Shown here: in pieces, positions 1 through 9,766 of the stretch
Layout of the letters: each line of letters opens with the position of its first letter
How positions within the stretch are numbered: the stretch's first letter is position 1
Assembly: GCA_964291625.2 (NCBI GenBank)
Contig: OZ220089.1
Location: forward strand, 1,376,001 to 1,440,000
Reading direction: 5' to 3'
DNA: 64,000 nt
DNA from: Candidatus Latescibacterota bacterium
Lineage (GTDB): Bacteria > Latescibacterota > UBA2968 > UBA8231
The notes under the pieces: generated by a model
Database searches by the model: none
The model's input: the letters and a program-made list of their open reading frames with translations, nothing else
Told to the model about the DNA's origin: nothing
Translations under genes and position numbers: made by a program

Positions 1-8
1 CAGACGAA

Positions 9-186
9 CATCCGGCCTGGCCGCTCCGAGAGCCGCCGTGCCTCCAGGGGCATCCGGTCAGCCGCCCGGCCCGGCGATCCACCGAGCCGGGGACCGTGCG
101 CTTGTTCGGGTTCGCGCATCCGGCCTGGGTGCCGCGGGCGCCACGGTGCCTCCAGGAACATCCGGCTAGCCCCGGCCGGCGATCCG
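9..186. repeat. Degenerate direct repeat, two copies with a 108-bp period
   Basis: CATCCGGCCTGG at 9 and 117; GTGCCTCCAGG at 38 and 146; CATCCGG at 51 and 159; CCGGCGATCC follows both. The second copy overlaps the 3' end of the DHDPS-family gene. Confidence 0.7.
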
Positions 187-1107
187 CCGGAAGATGGCGA
201 AGTCGTGGGCCTCGATGTGGGCCATGACCCGCTCCATGAGCCAGTCGGGCAGGGCCGAGCCGCCGCGGCGGCTGTAGGCGCTACGGAAGATGCCGGCGCG
301 CACGAAGAGGGTCTTGTGCAGCCACAGGGGGGAGGCGGCGCCGACGATGAGAGTCCGCAGCACCGGGGCCACGATGCCGTGGTAGGCCTGCCGGCCGGCC
401 TCGGGATCGCCGCCGGCGTAGTGGTCGCAGACGGTGCGGAAGGAGTCGATCAGGGCCGGGTGGGGCATGCTGCCCACGGAGCCGCGGTCCAGCTCCTCCG
501 GAAGCCAGTTGCCGTTGCCGCCGCCGAGGACGGTGAGCTCCCGGGGGCCGCCGCCCAGGAGGCCGCGCTCCCGCAGCCCGTCGACGACGGCGCCGATCTT
601 GTCCGGGGCCCCCTGCGATTCCAGCTTGAGGCAGGTGACGCGGGGGGCCTCGTCCACGGCCTTGAGCAGCACCTCGGCCGGGGCGTTGCCGCCGGCGTCC
701 TGCACCATCAGCGGCAGCCCCACCTGCTCGGACAGGTCGCGGAACAGCCGCACCAACTCGTCGCCGCCGTGGCGGTCCGGATTGACCATGGCGAGGTCGA
801 CGCCGCAGTCGCGGGCGATCGCCGTGTGCTCCAGGGTGCCCGGGCGGCTGGCGTGGGCGGTGGCGGCGATCACCGGCACGCGGCCGTCGACGTGGCGCGC
901 CGCCAGGCTCCACACGCGCGTCTTCTCCGAGTCGGTGAGGACGGCGCTCTCGCTGCCCATGCCGAAGGCCACCGCCTGCGACCCGGCCTCGACGCAGAAG
1001 TCGAGCTGGCGCCGCATGGCGTCCTCGTCGATGACCCCCTCGTCGTCGAAGGGCATGGCCAGGACGGGCACGGCGCCCTCGATCCGGGGTCCTGTACTGT
1101 CGCTCAA
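166..1107 (-). CDS. Dihydrodipicolinate synthase-family lyase (L-2-keto-3-deoxyarabonate dehydratase-like)
   Basis: GAVPVLAMPFDDEGVID, FGMGSE, PLMVQD and Schiff-base KLE motifs. TTG start at 1107 chosen because AAGGAA precedes it; the longer ORF overlaps the divergent gene. Confidence 0.85.
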   Translation of the reverse strand: MSDSTGPRIEGAVPVLAMPFDDEGVIDEDAMRRQLDFCVEAGSQAVAFGMGSESAVLTDSEKTRVWSLAARHVDGRVPVIAATAHASRPGTLEHTAIARDCGVDLAMVNPDRHGGDELVRLFRDLSEQVGLPLMVQDAGGNAPAEVLLKAVDEAPRVTCLKLESQGAPDKIGAVVDGLRERGLLGGGPRELTVLGGGNGNWLPEELDRGSVGSMPHPALIDSFRTVCDHYAGGDPEAGRQAYHGIVAPVLRTLIVGAASPLWLHKTLFVRAGIFRSAYSRRGGSALPDWLMERVMAHIEAHDFAIFRRIAGRG

Positions 1108-1207
1108 GGGGACGTTCCTTTCTCTGTCTGGGGCGCGTGGCCCATGCGATGCAACTTGCGTTAATTGACCCGCCGGGGCAACCAACCCCATCCACCGGAG
1201 AAAAGCC

Positions 1208-2377
1208 ATGTCATCGACCGCCGACGCCGTCGTCATCGGGGGCGGCATCCTCGGCGTCAGCACCGCCCACTTCCTCGCCCGGTTGGGTTTCGGGTCGGTG
1301 GTGCTGCTGGAGAAACGCACCCTCGCGGCGGTGAGCACGGGCCACTCGGCCGCGGCGATCCGCACCTTCTACTCCAATCCCCTGACCATCCGCCTCGCCA
1401 TCCGATCGGCGGGGATGTTCGCCGGAGCGCAGGAGACCTTCGGCGGCTCCTGCGGCTTCCGGCAGAGCGGCTATCTCACCCTGCTCGACGAGGACAGCCT
1501 TGACCAGGGGCGGCAGGTGGCCGACATGGAGCGGCACCAGGGCGTGCCCGTGGAGGAGCTTTCCCCCGAGGCGCTGCGGGAGCGCTTCCCCGTGGTCGAC
1601 CTGGAGCGGGTGGGGGCCGGCATCTTCGAGCCGCGGTCCGGGTACGCCGACCCCCTGGCCACCACCCGGCTGCTGGCCTCGGCGGCCGAGCCGCTGGGGC
1701 TGACGGTGCGCGAGGGCGTGGGCGCCACCGGCATCGCCCGGGAGGGGGGCCGCGTGGCCGGCGTGGAGACCGACGCGGGACCGATCTCGACGCCGGTGGT
1801 GGTCAACGCCGCCGGCGGCTGGGGGCGCGTCGTCGCCTCGTGGGTGGGGCTGAACTACTCCTTCCGCTGGAGCCGCGAGTCCGACATCGTCCTGGACGTC
1901 CCCTTCGAGACCGAGGGGTTCCCGTGGCTCTCCGACCCGCGGCTGCGGTTCTACGCGAGGCCGGCGGGGCCCCGGCGGCTGCTGGCCGGCCTCGGCTTCC
2001 CCAAGGAGATCGAGCCCCTCGACATCGAGCGCTACGACCCCGAGATCGACGAGCCCACCCGGCGGCGCATCGAGGACCTCCTCGGCCAGCGCGTCCCCGC
2101 CGCCCGCGAGGGGACCTTCGTGCGCGGCTGGTCCTCCTTCTACACCATCACCGACGACTGGCACCCCCTGATCGGGCCGGAGCCGCAGGTGCCCGGGTAC
2201 TACGCATGCGTCGCCGGCAACGGCCACTGCTTCAAGCTGGGCCCCTCCATCGGCGAGTCCCTGGCGCAGACGATCGCCGGGCACGAGCCCGAGGTCGACC
2301 TCCATCCCCTGCGGCCGAACCGGTTCCACGAGGGCGACTACTTCACCTCGGTCTGGGGCGCCGGCAACCGCGCCTGA
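1208..2377 (+). CDS. FAD-dependent oxidoreductase (DAO / sarcosine oxidase beta-like)
   Basis: VVIGGGILG Rossmann motif, STGHSAA, VVNAAGGW and GNGHCFKLGP. Confidence 0.9.
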   Translation: MSSTADAVVIGGGILGVSTAHFLARLGFGSVVLLEKRTLAAVSTGHSAAAIRTFYSNPLTIRLAIRSAGMFAGAQETFGGSCGFRQSGYLTLLDEDSLDQGRQVADMERHQGVPVEELSPEALRERFPVVDLERVGAGIFEPRSGYADPLATTRLLASAAEPLGLTVREGVGATGIAREGGRVAGVETDAGPISTPVVVNAAGGWGRVVASWVGLNYSFRWSRESDIVLDVPFETEGFPWLSDPRLRFYARPAGPRRLLAGLGFPKEIEPLDIERYDPEIDEPTRRRIEDLLGQRVPAAREGTFVRGWSSFYTITDDWHPLIGPEPQVPGYYACVAGNGHCFKLGPSIGESLAQTIAGHEPEVDLHPLRPNRFHEGDYFTSVWGAGNRA

Positions 2378-2398
2378 CGCGGTACCCGCCACGAGCCC

Positions 2399-4120
2399 GT
2401 GAAGACCGACCCCATCAAGTTCGAGGTCATCCGCAACGCCCTCGGCGAGACCACCGAGGAGATGTCCGCGGCCCTGCGGCGCAGCGCCTACTCGACCAAC
2501 ATCAAGACCCGCTGCGACTTCTCCTGCGCCGTCTTCGACCGCGACGCCAACGTCCTGGCCCAGGCCTTCGCCCAGGCCAACCACCTCGGGTCGATGGTGC
2601 GCCTCGTCCCCCTCGCCCTTGAGGAGTACGGCGTCGACAACCTCGCCCCGGGCGACGCCATCGTGATGAACGACCCGTACCGGGGCGGCGTCCACCTCAA
2701 CGACATCTTCCTCATCGCCCCCTTCTACTACGACGACGAGCTGTGCGGCTTCGTCGCCAACCTCGCCCACCACGTCGACGTGGGAGGCGGGGCCCCGGCC
2801 AGCGTCGGCGCCTTCCAGGAGGTCTACCAGGAGGGGGTCATCATCCCGCCCGTGAAGCTGGTGACGGGAGGCGAGATGAACCCCGACGTCTTCCGGCTGA
2901 TCCTCGGGCAGATCCGCTCCAAGCGCGAGACGGCCGGCGACTTCCGGGCCCAGGTGGCGGCCAACAACACCGGCATCCGGCGGCTCACCGCCCTCTACCG
3001 GCGCCACGGCCGGGGGACGGTGGAGGAGTACGCGGAACGGCTCATCGACTACGCCGACCGGCTGACGCGCGACGAGATCTCCCGCCTGCCGCGGGGGGAG
3101 TTCGCCGCCGAGGGCGTGATCGACAACGACGGCTTCACCGACCGGCCGGTGCGCCTGGCGGCGAAGGTCGTCATCGACGACGAGGGGATCCTCTTCGACT
3201 TCAGCGGTTGCGCCGAGCAGCGCCCGGCGCCGGTGAACTCCACCCTCTCCATGACCTACGCGGTGGCCGCCTACGTCCTGCGCTGCGCCATCGGCGCCGA
3301 CGTGCCCCTCAACGCCGGCTTCTACCGCTCGGTGCGCCTCGTGGCGCCCGAGGGCACGGTGGTCAACTGCCGGCCGCCGGCGCCGGTGGTCGGCGGCTGG
3401 GAGACCCACATGCGCCTCGTGGAGGTGACCTTCCGGGCCCTCTCGCAGGCCCTGCCCGAGCGCATGCCGGCCGGCACCAAGGGCATGATCTGCCACTCCG
3501 GCTTCGGCGGCGTCGACCCGGCCACGGGCGAGTACTTCTGCTTCCTCGAGACCCTCGGCGGCGGCTACGGCGGCCGCTGCCGCAGCGACGGGCCCGACGC
3601 GGTGCAGGCCCACGGCCAGAACACGGAGAACGCCCCCGTGGAGGAGACGGAGCTGAACTACCCGGTGCGCATCGAGCGCTACGAGCTGGTGGAGGACTCC
3701 GAGGGCCCGGGCCGCCACCGCGGCGGCCTCGGCATGCGCCGCGACTACCGGTTCCCCTCCGGCGAGGCGACCTTCACGATCCTGGCCGACCGCGACCGCT
3801 GGGGCCCCCACGGCCTCTTCGGCGGACAGGAGGGCCGCAAGGCCAGCTACGCGGTGGAGCGGGACGGCGAGACCACGCCTCTCGGCTCCAAGGTGACCGT
3901 CACCCTGGGGCCCGGCGACGTCCTCAGCTACCGCACCTGCGGCGGCGGCGGCTACGGCCCCCCGCAGGAGCGCGACCCGGAGCGGGTCCTGAAGGATGTG
4001 CGCGACGGCAAGGTCGATCCCGCCCGGGCCCGCGAGATCTACCGCGTCGCCGTCGACACCGACGCCTGGAAGGTCGACGAGGAGGAGACCCGGCGGCTGA
4101 GGGACCAGGGGCCGGCGTGA
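2399..4120 (+). CDS. hyuB: Hydantoinase B / 5-oxoprolinase subunit
   Basis: RSAYSTNIK, NDPYRGGVHLND, HHVDVGG and TCGGGGYG motifs. Confidence 0.92.
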   Translation: MKTDPIKFEVIRNALGETTEEMSAALRRSAYSTNIKTRCDFSCAVFDRDANVLAQAFAQANHLGSMVRLVPLALEEYGVDNLAPGDAIVMNDPYRGGVHLNDIFLIAPFYYDDELCGFVANLAHHVDVGGGAPASVGAFQEVYQEGVIIPPVKLVTGGEMNPDVFRLILGQIRSKRETAGDFRAQVAANNTGIRRLTALYRRHGRGTVEEYAERLIDYADRLTRDEISRLPRGEFAAEGVIDNDGFTDRPVRLAAKVVIDDEGILFDFSGCAEQRPAPVNSTLSMTYAVAAYVLRCAIGADVPLNAGFYRSVRLVAPEGTVVNCRPPAPVVGGWETHMRLVEVTFRALSQALPERMPAGTKGMICHSGFGGVDPATGEYFCFLETLGGGYGGRCRSDGPDAVQAHGQNTENAPVEETELNYPVRIERYELVEDSEGPGRHRGGLGMRRDYRFPSGEATFTILADRDRWGPHGLFGGQEGRKASYAVERDGETTPLGSKVTVTLGPGDVLSYRTCGGGGYGPPQERDPERVLKDVRDGKVDPARAREIYRVAVDTDAWKVDEEETRRLRDQGPA

Positions 4121-6225
4121 GCATGGCGGCGCCCCCGGCCGCGGGCTTCCGCCTCGGCGTCGACATCGGCGGCACCTTCACCGACGCCACCCTCGTGGAC
4201 GAGGCCAGCGGCCGGGTCCACATCTGCAAGCTCTCCTCCACCCCCGCCGACCCCTCCGAGGGCTTCCTGCGCATCACCTCCCGCATCCTCGACCAGGCGG
4301 GGGTCCCGCCGGAGGAGGTGAGCTACGTCGTCCACGGGACCACGGTGGCCACCAACTCGATCATCGAGGGCCGCCTGGCGCCCACGGGGTTCGTCACCAC
4401 CGAGGGCTTCCGCGACCTGCTGGAGATCCAGCGCCAGATCCGCGCCTCCCTCTACGACGTCCACTTCGAGAAGCCGCCGCCCCTGGTGCCCCGCCATCGC
4501 TGCTTCGGCGTGCCCGAGCGCCTCGACGCGGCCGGCGAGGTGGTCCGCCCCCTCGACGAGGCCGCCCTCCGCCAGACGGCGGCGCGGCTCCGGGACGAGG
4601 GTGTGGAGTCGATCGCCGTCTGCTTCCTCCACTCCTACGTCAACCCCGCCCACGAGCGCCGCGCCGGCGAGATCCTGCGGGAGCGGTTCGGCGCCGAGGC
4701 CGTCTCCCTCTCCTGCGAGGTGGCCCCCGACTTCCGCGAGTACTTCCGGGCCAGCACCACGGTGATCAACGCCGGCATCCGCCCCGCCGTGGCCCGCTAC
4801 CTGGAGCGCATCGAGACGCGCCTGCGGGAGGCCGGGCTGCAGGCCCCCCTGCTGCTGATGCAGAGCAGCGGCGGCGTCTACTCCTTCCGAGCGGCGGCGG
4901 AGAAACCGGTCTTCATGGTCGAGTCCGGACCGGCCGCCGGGGTGATCGCCGCCGGGGCCCTCGGGGAGCGGCTGGGGCGGCGGGACCTGATCTCCTTCGA
5001 CATGGGAGGCACCACCGCCAAGGCGGGCCTCGTCCAGGACGGCGCCCCCGGCATCACCAAGGAGTACGAGGTCGGCTCGGCGGCGGTCTCCAGCGAGCAC
5101 GGCGCCAAGGGCGGGGGCTACCCGATCCGCAGCTCCGTCATCGACCTCGTGGAGATCGGCGCCGGCGGCGGCTCCATCGCCTGGATCGACCGCGGCGGCG
5201 CCCTGCGGGTCGGGCCGAGGAGCGCCGGGGCCGACCCGGGGCCGGCCTGCTACGGCGCCGGCGGCCGGGAGCCGACGATCACCGACGCCAACCTGGTCCT
5301 CGGCCGACTCGACCCCGGCTACTTCCTGGGCGGCGAGATCGGCCTCGACGTGGAGGCGGCGGAGCGGTCCGTCCGCGAGCGCTGCGCCGAACCCCTGGGC
5401 CTGGAGACGGTGGAGGCCGCCCGCGGCATCGTGGAGATTGCCAACGCGGCCATGGCCGGCGCCCTGCGCCGCATCTCCATCCAGCGGGGGTACGATCCCC
5501 GGGAGTTCACCCTCGTCGCCTTCGGAGGCGCCGGGCCCGTGCACGGCAACCGCCTGGCCCGGGAGCTGGAGATCCCCGAGCTGCTGGTGCCGCCGAGCCC
5601 GGGGACGTTCTCGGCCATGGGCCTGCTGGCCACCGACCTGCGCCACGACTTCAACGCCACCCACCTGGAGCCCCTGGGGGCGGCCGGGGCCGGGAGCCTG
5701 GCGGCGGCCCTGGAGGCCCTGGAGAGACAGGGGCGCCAAGCCCTGGCCGCCGACGGCGTCGACCCGGCGCGCATGCGGTTCGTCCGCCAGCTCGACCTGC
5801 GCTACGTGGGGCAGAGCTACGAGTTGGCGGTGGAGGTCGACGACGCCGGCTTCCCCCCGGAGGAGGTGGGCCGCCTCGCCGGCCGCTTCCACGAGGAGCA
5901 CGAGCGCGCCTACGGCTTCAAGGCGCCGGGGGAGCCGGTGGAGGTCGTCACCATCCGCCTGTCGGCGGTGGGCGGGATCTCCCGGCCGGAGCTGCGCCGG
6001 CTGGAGGCGGACGCCGGCGCCGGCCCGGCGGGGTCGCGGCCGGTATACTTCGAGGAGGCAGGGGGGTTCGTGGCCTGCCCGGTGTACGAGCGCTCCGGGC
6101 TCGGCGCCAGCGCCCGCATCGGAGGGCCCGCCGTCGTGCAGGAGCTCGACTCGACGACCTTGCTGCACCCCGGGTACCGCGCCGACGTGGACGACTTCGG
6201 AAACCTGCTGATCCGCCCAGAGTAG
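4117..6225 (+). CDS. hyuA: Hydantoinase A / 5-oxoprolinase subunit
   Basis: GVDIGGTFTD, HGTTVATN, ESGPAAG, DMGGTT and GAGGGSIA motifs. The start is GTG 4117 (overlapping the hyuB stop) or ATG 4123; the N-terminal extension in the ORF track is a shadow. Confidence 0.92.
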   Translation: MSMAAPPAAGFRLGVDIGGTFTDATLVDEASGRVHICKLSSTPADPSEGFLRITSRILDQAGVPPEEVSYVVHGTTVATNSIIEGRLAPTGFVTTEGFRDLLEIQRQIRASLYDVHFEKPPPLVPRHRCFGVPERLDAAGEVVRPLDEAALRQTAARLRDEGVESIAVCFLHSYVNPAHERRAGEILRERFGAEAVSLSCEVAPDFREYFRASTTVINAGIRPAVARYLERIETRLREAGLQAPLLLMQSSGGVYSFRAAAEKPVFMVESGPAAGVIAAGALGERLGRRDLISFDMGGTTAKAGLVQDGAPGITKEYEVGSAAVSSEHGAKGGGYPIRSSVIDLVEIGAGGGSIAWIDRGGALRVGPRSAGADPGPACYGAGGREPTITDANLVLGRLDPGYFLGGEIGLDVEAAERSVRERCAEPLGLETVEAARGIVEIANAAMAGALRRISIQRGYDPREFTLVAFGGAGPVHGNRLARELEIPELLVPPSPGTFSAMGLLATDLRHDFNATHLEPLGAAGAGSLAAALEALERQGRQALAADGVDPARMRFVRQLDLRYVGQSYELAVEVDDAGFPPEEVGRLAGRFHEEHERAYGFKAPGEPVEVVTIRLSAVGGISRPELRRLEADAGAGPAGSRPVYFEEAGGFVACPVYERSGLGASARIGGPAVVQELDSTTLLHPGYRADVDDFGNLLIRPE

Positions 6226-6366
6226 GACTAGTGCTCCGTTGAGGATGCAGACTGAATCCTTTAATCGTGGTCCATGGGACATATGGCGATCTTGAGGGAG
6301 AGAGCCTGCCGTACGAGGGGGACCGCTGCCCCGTTGGAACCTACCTTTTGGAAGGGGAGTCCCAAT

Positions 6367-7965
6367 ATGCTTCGTCTTGTCGCCGTTCTCTTTCTTGGCT
6401 CAGTTGCCGCGGCTGATGACGCTAGTCCGATTACACATGAGCGACCGCTGTCAATCGGTGAGCATTCTGCTGTTTGGGTAGACTCCTCAGTCTACGAAGC
6501 TCGGGTGACTACTCGAATAACCTTGCTGTTTGATGGTGACCTTCGTCTCAGGGTGTTCTCGTGGAGGCCTCCTGATCCAATCTCTATCGAGCCCTCGGAG
6601 ATCCGGTTTGAGGATCTGGTCGAGGGGGACACGTTGAGTTTTGCCTTCATCACTCGTCTGGAGGAGAGGGGTCTTTGGGCATTTCGTGCAAATTGGTACT
6701 TCCAGCCCGCTCCTTGGGTGAATGTTGACGAGGAAGGGGAACTACCCCTTTTGACACAGAGCAGCTATCAGTTCTATGTAGGCACGAGGAATGGGGCAGT
6801 TGCGGCCGGGTTCTACGGATGGGCGTTGGACCTTCCTCCCGATCCTCCTCCGCCATCCGATCCTCCAGGCCCCTTGAAGGAGGAGTATCGAGACAAGCCT
6901 CCCTGCTACATTGGGATTGAGTTGGACGTTGGCGAGGAGTGCACCGGAACTGATTGGCTGATCAGAAACGCCTATACAGAGCATCCTGAACATGGTCCCA
7001 CTCTATTGGTGTGTGTCTACCGAGGAGAGACCAATCTTGGTCCGTGTGGCGTGATCTTGGGGAGCGAGTTGCCGAGGGACTCGGTGACGTTACGTCACGC
7101 TCTTAGAATCTCTCGGGAAGGCAAGGTGTGGACGTTGGTTGAGATCGTTGACCCTAATTGGGTTCTGCGAGAGGATGAGCTGCAAACCCGGTCGATTCCC
7201 ACGACCCTGAAGAAGGTCGGCGGCGATGCCCAGCAAGGTCCGAGCGGGAAGCTCCTGGCCGAGCCCCTCGTGGTCTCGGTGAAGGACCAGAACAGGCAGC
7301 CCTTGCCCGGCGTCGTGGTCACCTTCGCCGTTGCCGGCGAGGGCGGGACCCTGTCGGCCGTGAGCGACACGACCGACGCCGAGGGCCTGGCAGTGACCGC
7401 CCTGACCCTGGGCGAGGAACTCGGAACCTATACCGTCGTCGCCACGGTGGCAGATCTCGAGCCGGTGACTTTCACCATCACGGCCAAGGCCAGCCCAGAC
7501 TTCGACGGCGACGGCGAGGTCGGGTTTGAGGACTTCTTCCTCTTCGCCGGGTCCTTCGGCGGCAGCGATCCCCGGTTCGATCTGGATGCCAGCGGCGTGG
7601 TGGACCTCGCCGACTTCTTCCTCTTCGCCGAGAGCTTCGGCCAGCCACAGCGGGCCAAGCTGGTGGCCTTGGCCCGGGAGCGGCTCGGCCTGCCGCAGCT
7701 GCAGCAGAGCGCGCCCAACCCCTTCAACAGCGGCACCGTCATCTCCTGGTTCCAGCTGCTGCCGGGGTCAGCGCGCCTGGAGGTGTTCGCGCTGACGGGC
7801 CAGCGGATGGCGGTGCTGCACGAGGGCCCGAAGGAGGCAGGGTTGCACCGCCTGCGCTGGGACGGGAGGGATGAGCGTGGCCGCTCCCTGGCCAGCGGGG
7901 TCTACGTCTACCGGCTGGTGACGAGGGACGCCGTCCAGACGCGCAAGCTCACCCTGCTGCGGTAA
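6367..7965 (+). CDS. Secreted protein: unique N-terminus, Big-1-like Ig domain, dockerin/EF-hand-like pair, FlgD/T9SS-like C-terminal domain
   Basis: Signal peptide MLRLVAVLFLGSVAAA after a GAAGGGGAG RBS; GGDAQQG...PLVVSVKDQ Ig domain; DFDGDGEVGFEDFFLFA; PNPFN...WDGRDERGRSLASGVYVYRL...KLTLLR. Confidence 0.8.
   Translation: MLRLVAVLFLGSVAAADDASPITHERPLSIGEHSAVWVDSSVYEARVTTRITLLFDGDLRLRVFSWRPPDPISIEPSEIRFEDLVEGDTLSFAFITRLEERGLWAFRANWYFQPAPWVNVDEEGELPLLTQSSYQFYVGTRNGAVAAGFYGWALDLPPDPPPPSDPPGPLKEEYRDKPPCYIGIELDVGEECTGTDWLIRNAYTEHPEHGPTLLVCVYRGETNLGPCGVILGSELPRDSVTLRHALRISREGKVWTLVEIVDPNWVLREDELQTRSIPTTLKKVGGDAQQGPSGKLLAEPLVVSVKDQNRQPLPGVVVTFAVAGEGGTLSAVSDTTDAEGLAVTALTLGEELGTYTVVATVADLEPVTFTITAKASPDFDGDGEVGFEDFFLFAGSFGGSDPRFDLDASGVVDLADFFLFAESFGQPQRAKLVALARERLGLPQLQQSAPNPFNSGTVISWFQLLPGSARLEVFALTGQRMAVLHEGPKEAGLHRLRWDGRDERGRSLASGVYVYRLVTRDAVQTRKLTLLR
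7490..7965 (+). repeat. C-terminal module shared with about 9213-9697 (dockerin-like + CTD)
   Basis: Long near-identical nucleotide blocks between the 3' ends of two adjacent genes, e.g. GGATGAGCGTGGCCGCTCCCTGGCCAGCGG and CAGACGCGCAAGCTCACCCTGCTGCG. Confidence 0.9.
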
Positions 7966-8041
7966 GGGCCCCCGATGGAGAAGCCCACAACACCCGGCCC
8001 GGACGGCCGGTCCTGCGAGACCTGCTACTAGTGACATATCC

Positions 8042-9697
8042 ATGAGAGCTCTGATGATCCTGCTGGGGGCTTGGCCGAGTCTGGCCCTGTCGACTCCCCC
8101 TTCTTTGATTGCCAAATACGGATGGGTCACGCCCAAAGCGACCTTCGAGGGCCGACTCCTGAGGGTCCTGAACGACGGAATCGTCGTGACCGTTCAGGAT
8201 GCCTGGAGCTTCGGAGAGCCCTCTGCCGATCGAAGGATCCTGAGGTATTGGGATCTTGAGTTCGGCATGACGGACACACTCGATCTGCTTCCTCTCATAC
8301 AAGGCCAGTACTCGCGTCTTGCCATGTCACCAGACGGGGAGCTCCTGGCCGTGATGTTTGACGACTCCGTCAACGTGTCGATCCTCCGTCTTGACACGGG
8401 AGAGGTCGTATCGTCCTTCCTGGATGACCAAGCCAAGCCCGATCGACAGCGGCACATGGAATTCTCTGATGGCGGTCGCATGCTTGCCCTGAACAACAAG
8501 ACCCGAGGTGTCAATTACTGGCGTGTTTCCGATGGGGCACTCGCAGAAGTCCGGCACAACACCTCCATCTCCAGCTCGGTGGCCGTGTCTCCTGATTGGC
8601 GAACATTTTCCTACACAAACGGAGTGCAGATCTTCCTGGTTGACAGGAAGGATAGCCTTTGGACCGTGAAGCTACATACGGACACGCGGAGGGATTTTAC
8701 CCGACGATTCGCTGGCGGCCACGAACTTGACGTCGGAAGAATCAACTACTTCCCTGACGGTCTGTTACTTGCTGGATCTCAGCAAGACTTCGCTGATTAT
8801 ACTTGGGTGTGGGACCTCGTGCCCTTTCCACCCATCACTCTCACGTCTGCGGAGGCTGTCGTCACGGACTCCCTCGGGAATCCTGTGGAAGGGTTGAGTA
8901 TCCGTCTTACCCATGAACTTCGTGAAATCTACGACGGCGCCATGACAGACAACTTCTTCTTTCATGCCGTTACGGATGAGAACGGCCGTGTTCCCCTGAT
9001 TGTCCCTATCGACAGCTCCTATGACGTTGAGACCTTCTACCGGTGGGAGGATTCGGGAATAGACTGGACCTCGCTTGGATCTCATCTCTACACCACCAGA
9101 TGGCGGGGAATCCCCCTGAAACGTGACACCCCATTCACCTTGAACCTGTCTCTTGTTGGAGGGCTCTATGGTCGAAGGCCGTGGGAGATCACCTACACGG
9201 CCACCGCTGAGGCGACGCCCGACTTCAACGGCGACGGTGTGACGGATCTCTCCGACTTCTTCCTCTTCGCCGAGGCCTTCGGGGGCACCGATCCCCGCTT
9301 CGATCTGAACGGCGACGGCTCGGTGGACCTCGCTGACTTCCTCCTCTTCGCCGAGAGCTTCGGCCAGCCGCAGCAGGCCAAGCTGGTGGCCCTGGCCCGG
9401 GAGCGGCTCGGCCTGCCCGACGGCCCGCAGCTGCAGCAGAACGCGCCCAACCCCTTCAACAGTGGAACGATCATCTCCTGGTTCCAGCTGCAGCCGGGGT
9501 CAGCGCGCCTGGAGGTCTTCGCGCTGACGGGCCAGCGGATGGCGGTGCTGCACGAGGGCCGGAAGGAGGCGGGGTCGCACCGCCTGCGCTGGGACGGCCG
9601 GGATGAGCGTGGCCGCTCCCTGGCCAGCGGAGTCTACGTCTACCGGCTGGTGACGAGGGAAGGCGTACAGACGCGCAAGCTCACCCTGCTGCGATGA
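8042..9697 (+). CDS. Secreted protein: WD40/beta-propeller-like N-terminus, dockerin-like pair, FlgD/T9SS-like C-terminal domain
   Basis: Signal peptide; LAMSPDGELLA, MEFSDGGRMLA and VAVSPDWRT repeats; DFNGDGVTDLSDFFLFA; PNPFN...KLTLLR. Confidence 0.8.
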   Translation: MRALMILLGAWPSLALSTPPSLIAKYGWVTPKATFEGRLLRVLNDGIVVTVQDAWSFGEPSADRRILRYWDLEFGMTDTLDLLPLIQGQYSRLAMSPDGELLAVMFDDSVNVSILRLDTGEVVSSFLDDQAKPDRQRHMEFSDGGRMLALNNKTRGVNYWRVSDGALAEVRHNTSISSSVAVSPDWRTFSYTNGVQIFLVDRKDSLWTVKLHTDTRRDFTRRFAGGHELDVGRINYFPDGLLLAGSQQDFADYTWVWDLVPFPPITLTSAEAVVTDSLGNPVEGLSIRLTHELREIYDGAMTDNFFFHAVTDENGRVPLIVPIDSSYDVETFYRWEDSGIDWTSLGSHLYTTRWRGIPLKRDTPFTLNLSLVGGLYGRRPWEITYTATAEATPDFNGDGVTDLSDFFLFAEAFGGTDPRFDLNGDGSVDLADFLLFAESFGQPQQAKLVALARERLGLPDGPQLQQNAPNPFNSGTIISWFQLQPGSARLEVFALTGQRMAVLHEGRKEAGSHRLRWDGRDERGRSLASGVYVYRLVTREGVQTRKLTLLR

Positions 9698-9766
9698 GCC
9701 GATGCCTGGCTGGTGAAGGTCAGAAACTCAATGCCCACTCTTCACGCTAGAACCAGAGGACCAGCG

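Noticed and set aside
1211-6282. Long antisense and alternate-frame ORFs (e.g. 1211-3811 minus, 4039-6282 minus; many similar elsewhere)
   Set aside because: These are shadows of real genes in high-GC DNA; they are Arg/Pro/Gly-rich or mirror-frame with no motifs.
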